Below are positions 14,231-14,664 of a stretch of DNA of 14,664 nt, in pieces. This DNA is from Candidatus Heimdallarchaeota archaeon (GTDB lineage: Archaea > Asgardarchaeota > Heimdallarchaeia > Heimdallarchaeales > Kariarchaeaceae): contig WAKA01000006.1 of the NCBI GenBank assembly GCA_015523565.1, forward strand, positions 1 through 14,664. The letters run 5' to 3'. The notes below the pieces were generated by a model. The model had not been told where the DNA came from, searched no databases, and was given only the letters and a program-made list of their open reading frames with translations. A program made the translations under genes and the position numbers. Position 1 is the first letter of the stretch, and each line of letters begins with the position of its first letter.

Positions 14231-14495
14231 TATATTTCTTAAGTCCTTCACATTCCTCAAATTCAATCCATGCATATTTCAAATTTTTCCCTCGGGCTAC
14301 GGTTGCATATATTCCTTTGTCATGAATTGAATCAGTGGCGATTTCACCAACATTTTTTTCGAAAATAAGTAATATGGAACCTTCGTCAATATATTTTTCA
14401 ATTGGTGGGACAACCCAATTTAATTTTTCTTTGAGATAATTCAATGAGGCATCTAATATTTGATCTTCTGAATATTTGTGATATAATTGGTTCAT
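14199..14495 (-). CDS. Small protein, DUF2283-like (putative antitoxin)
   Basis: KYIDEGSILLIFEK......TDSIHDKGIYATVARGKNLKYAWIE loosely follows the DUF2283 pattern (YD...D.LyI.f......s..i..gi..d.d..g.i.giEi). Overlaps the toxin-like gene tail-to-tail by 32 nt. Confidence 0.4.
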   Translation of the reverse strand: MNQLYHKYSEDQILDASLNYLKEKLNWVVPPIEKYIDEGSILLIFEKNVGEIATDSIHDKGIYATVARGKNLKYAWIEFEECEGLKKYIRIQSLSRLA

Positions 14496-14664
14496 GAATT
14501 ATATTATTTTTTTATGCATATAATTGTTTTGACCTCTTAATTTTGCTCGCTAAATTCATATCTCCACTCCACGACCATATTTAATATTCACGTCACTCTC
14601 CAACCTATTTGAATAAGATTTAGAAATTGTTTATTTTTCTGTGATTTTTGGTATACCACAGGGG

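Noticed and set aside
14512-14559. 15-aa minus-strand ORF (MNLASKIKRSKQLYA) with a GGAGTGGAG RBS-like sequence, upstream of the DUF2283-like gene
   Set aside because: Too short to support, and not in frame with the downstream gene.

Overview
Archaeal-looking DNA, inferred from a DUF99 gene, GGAGGTG ribosome-binding sites and BRE/TATA-like promoters. The RING/winged-helix/zinc-ribbon content suggests Asgard archaea, but that is inference. The core is a translationally coupled three-gene operon (about 3.7-11.4 kb): a TPR-like protein, a 1951-aa polytopic membrane protein (double zinc ribbon, coiled coil, Pro-rich linker, DUF2339-like membrane body) and a HEAT + winged-helix + Zn-ribbon + RING protein. 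Together they form a candidate membrane-embedded ubiquitin-ligase module. AT-richer, defence-like genes flank it. On the left are a SAP-domain/Cys-motif protein and a convergent pair resembling phage lambda RexB (4-TM) and RexA. On the right are an unlisted 56-aa ORF, an orphan Csx1/TM1812-like CARF-HEPN gene that appears to start at a non-canonical ATC, DUF99, and a convergent BECR-like toxin / DUF2283-like pair. No rRNA, tRNA, CRISPR array, transposase or integrase was recognised. All family calls come from motif recognition by eye, not from database searches.
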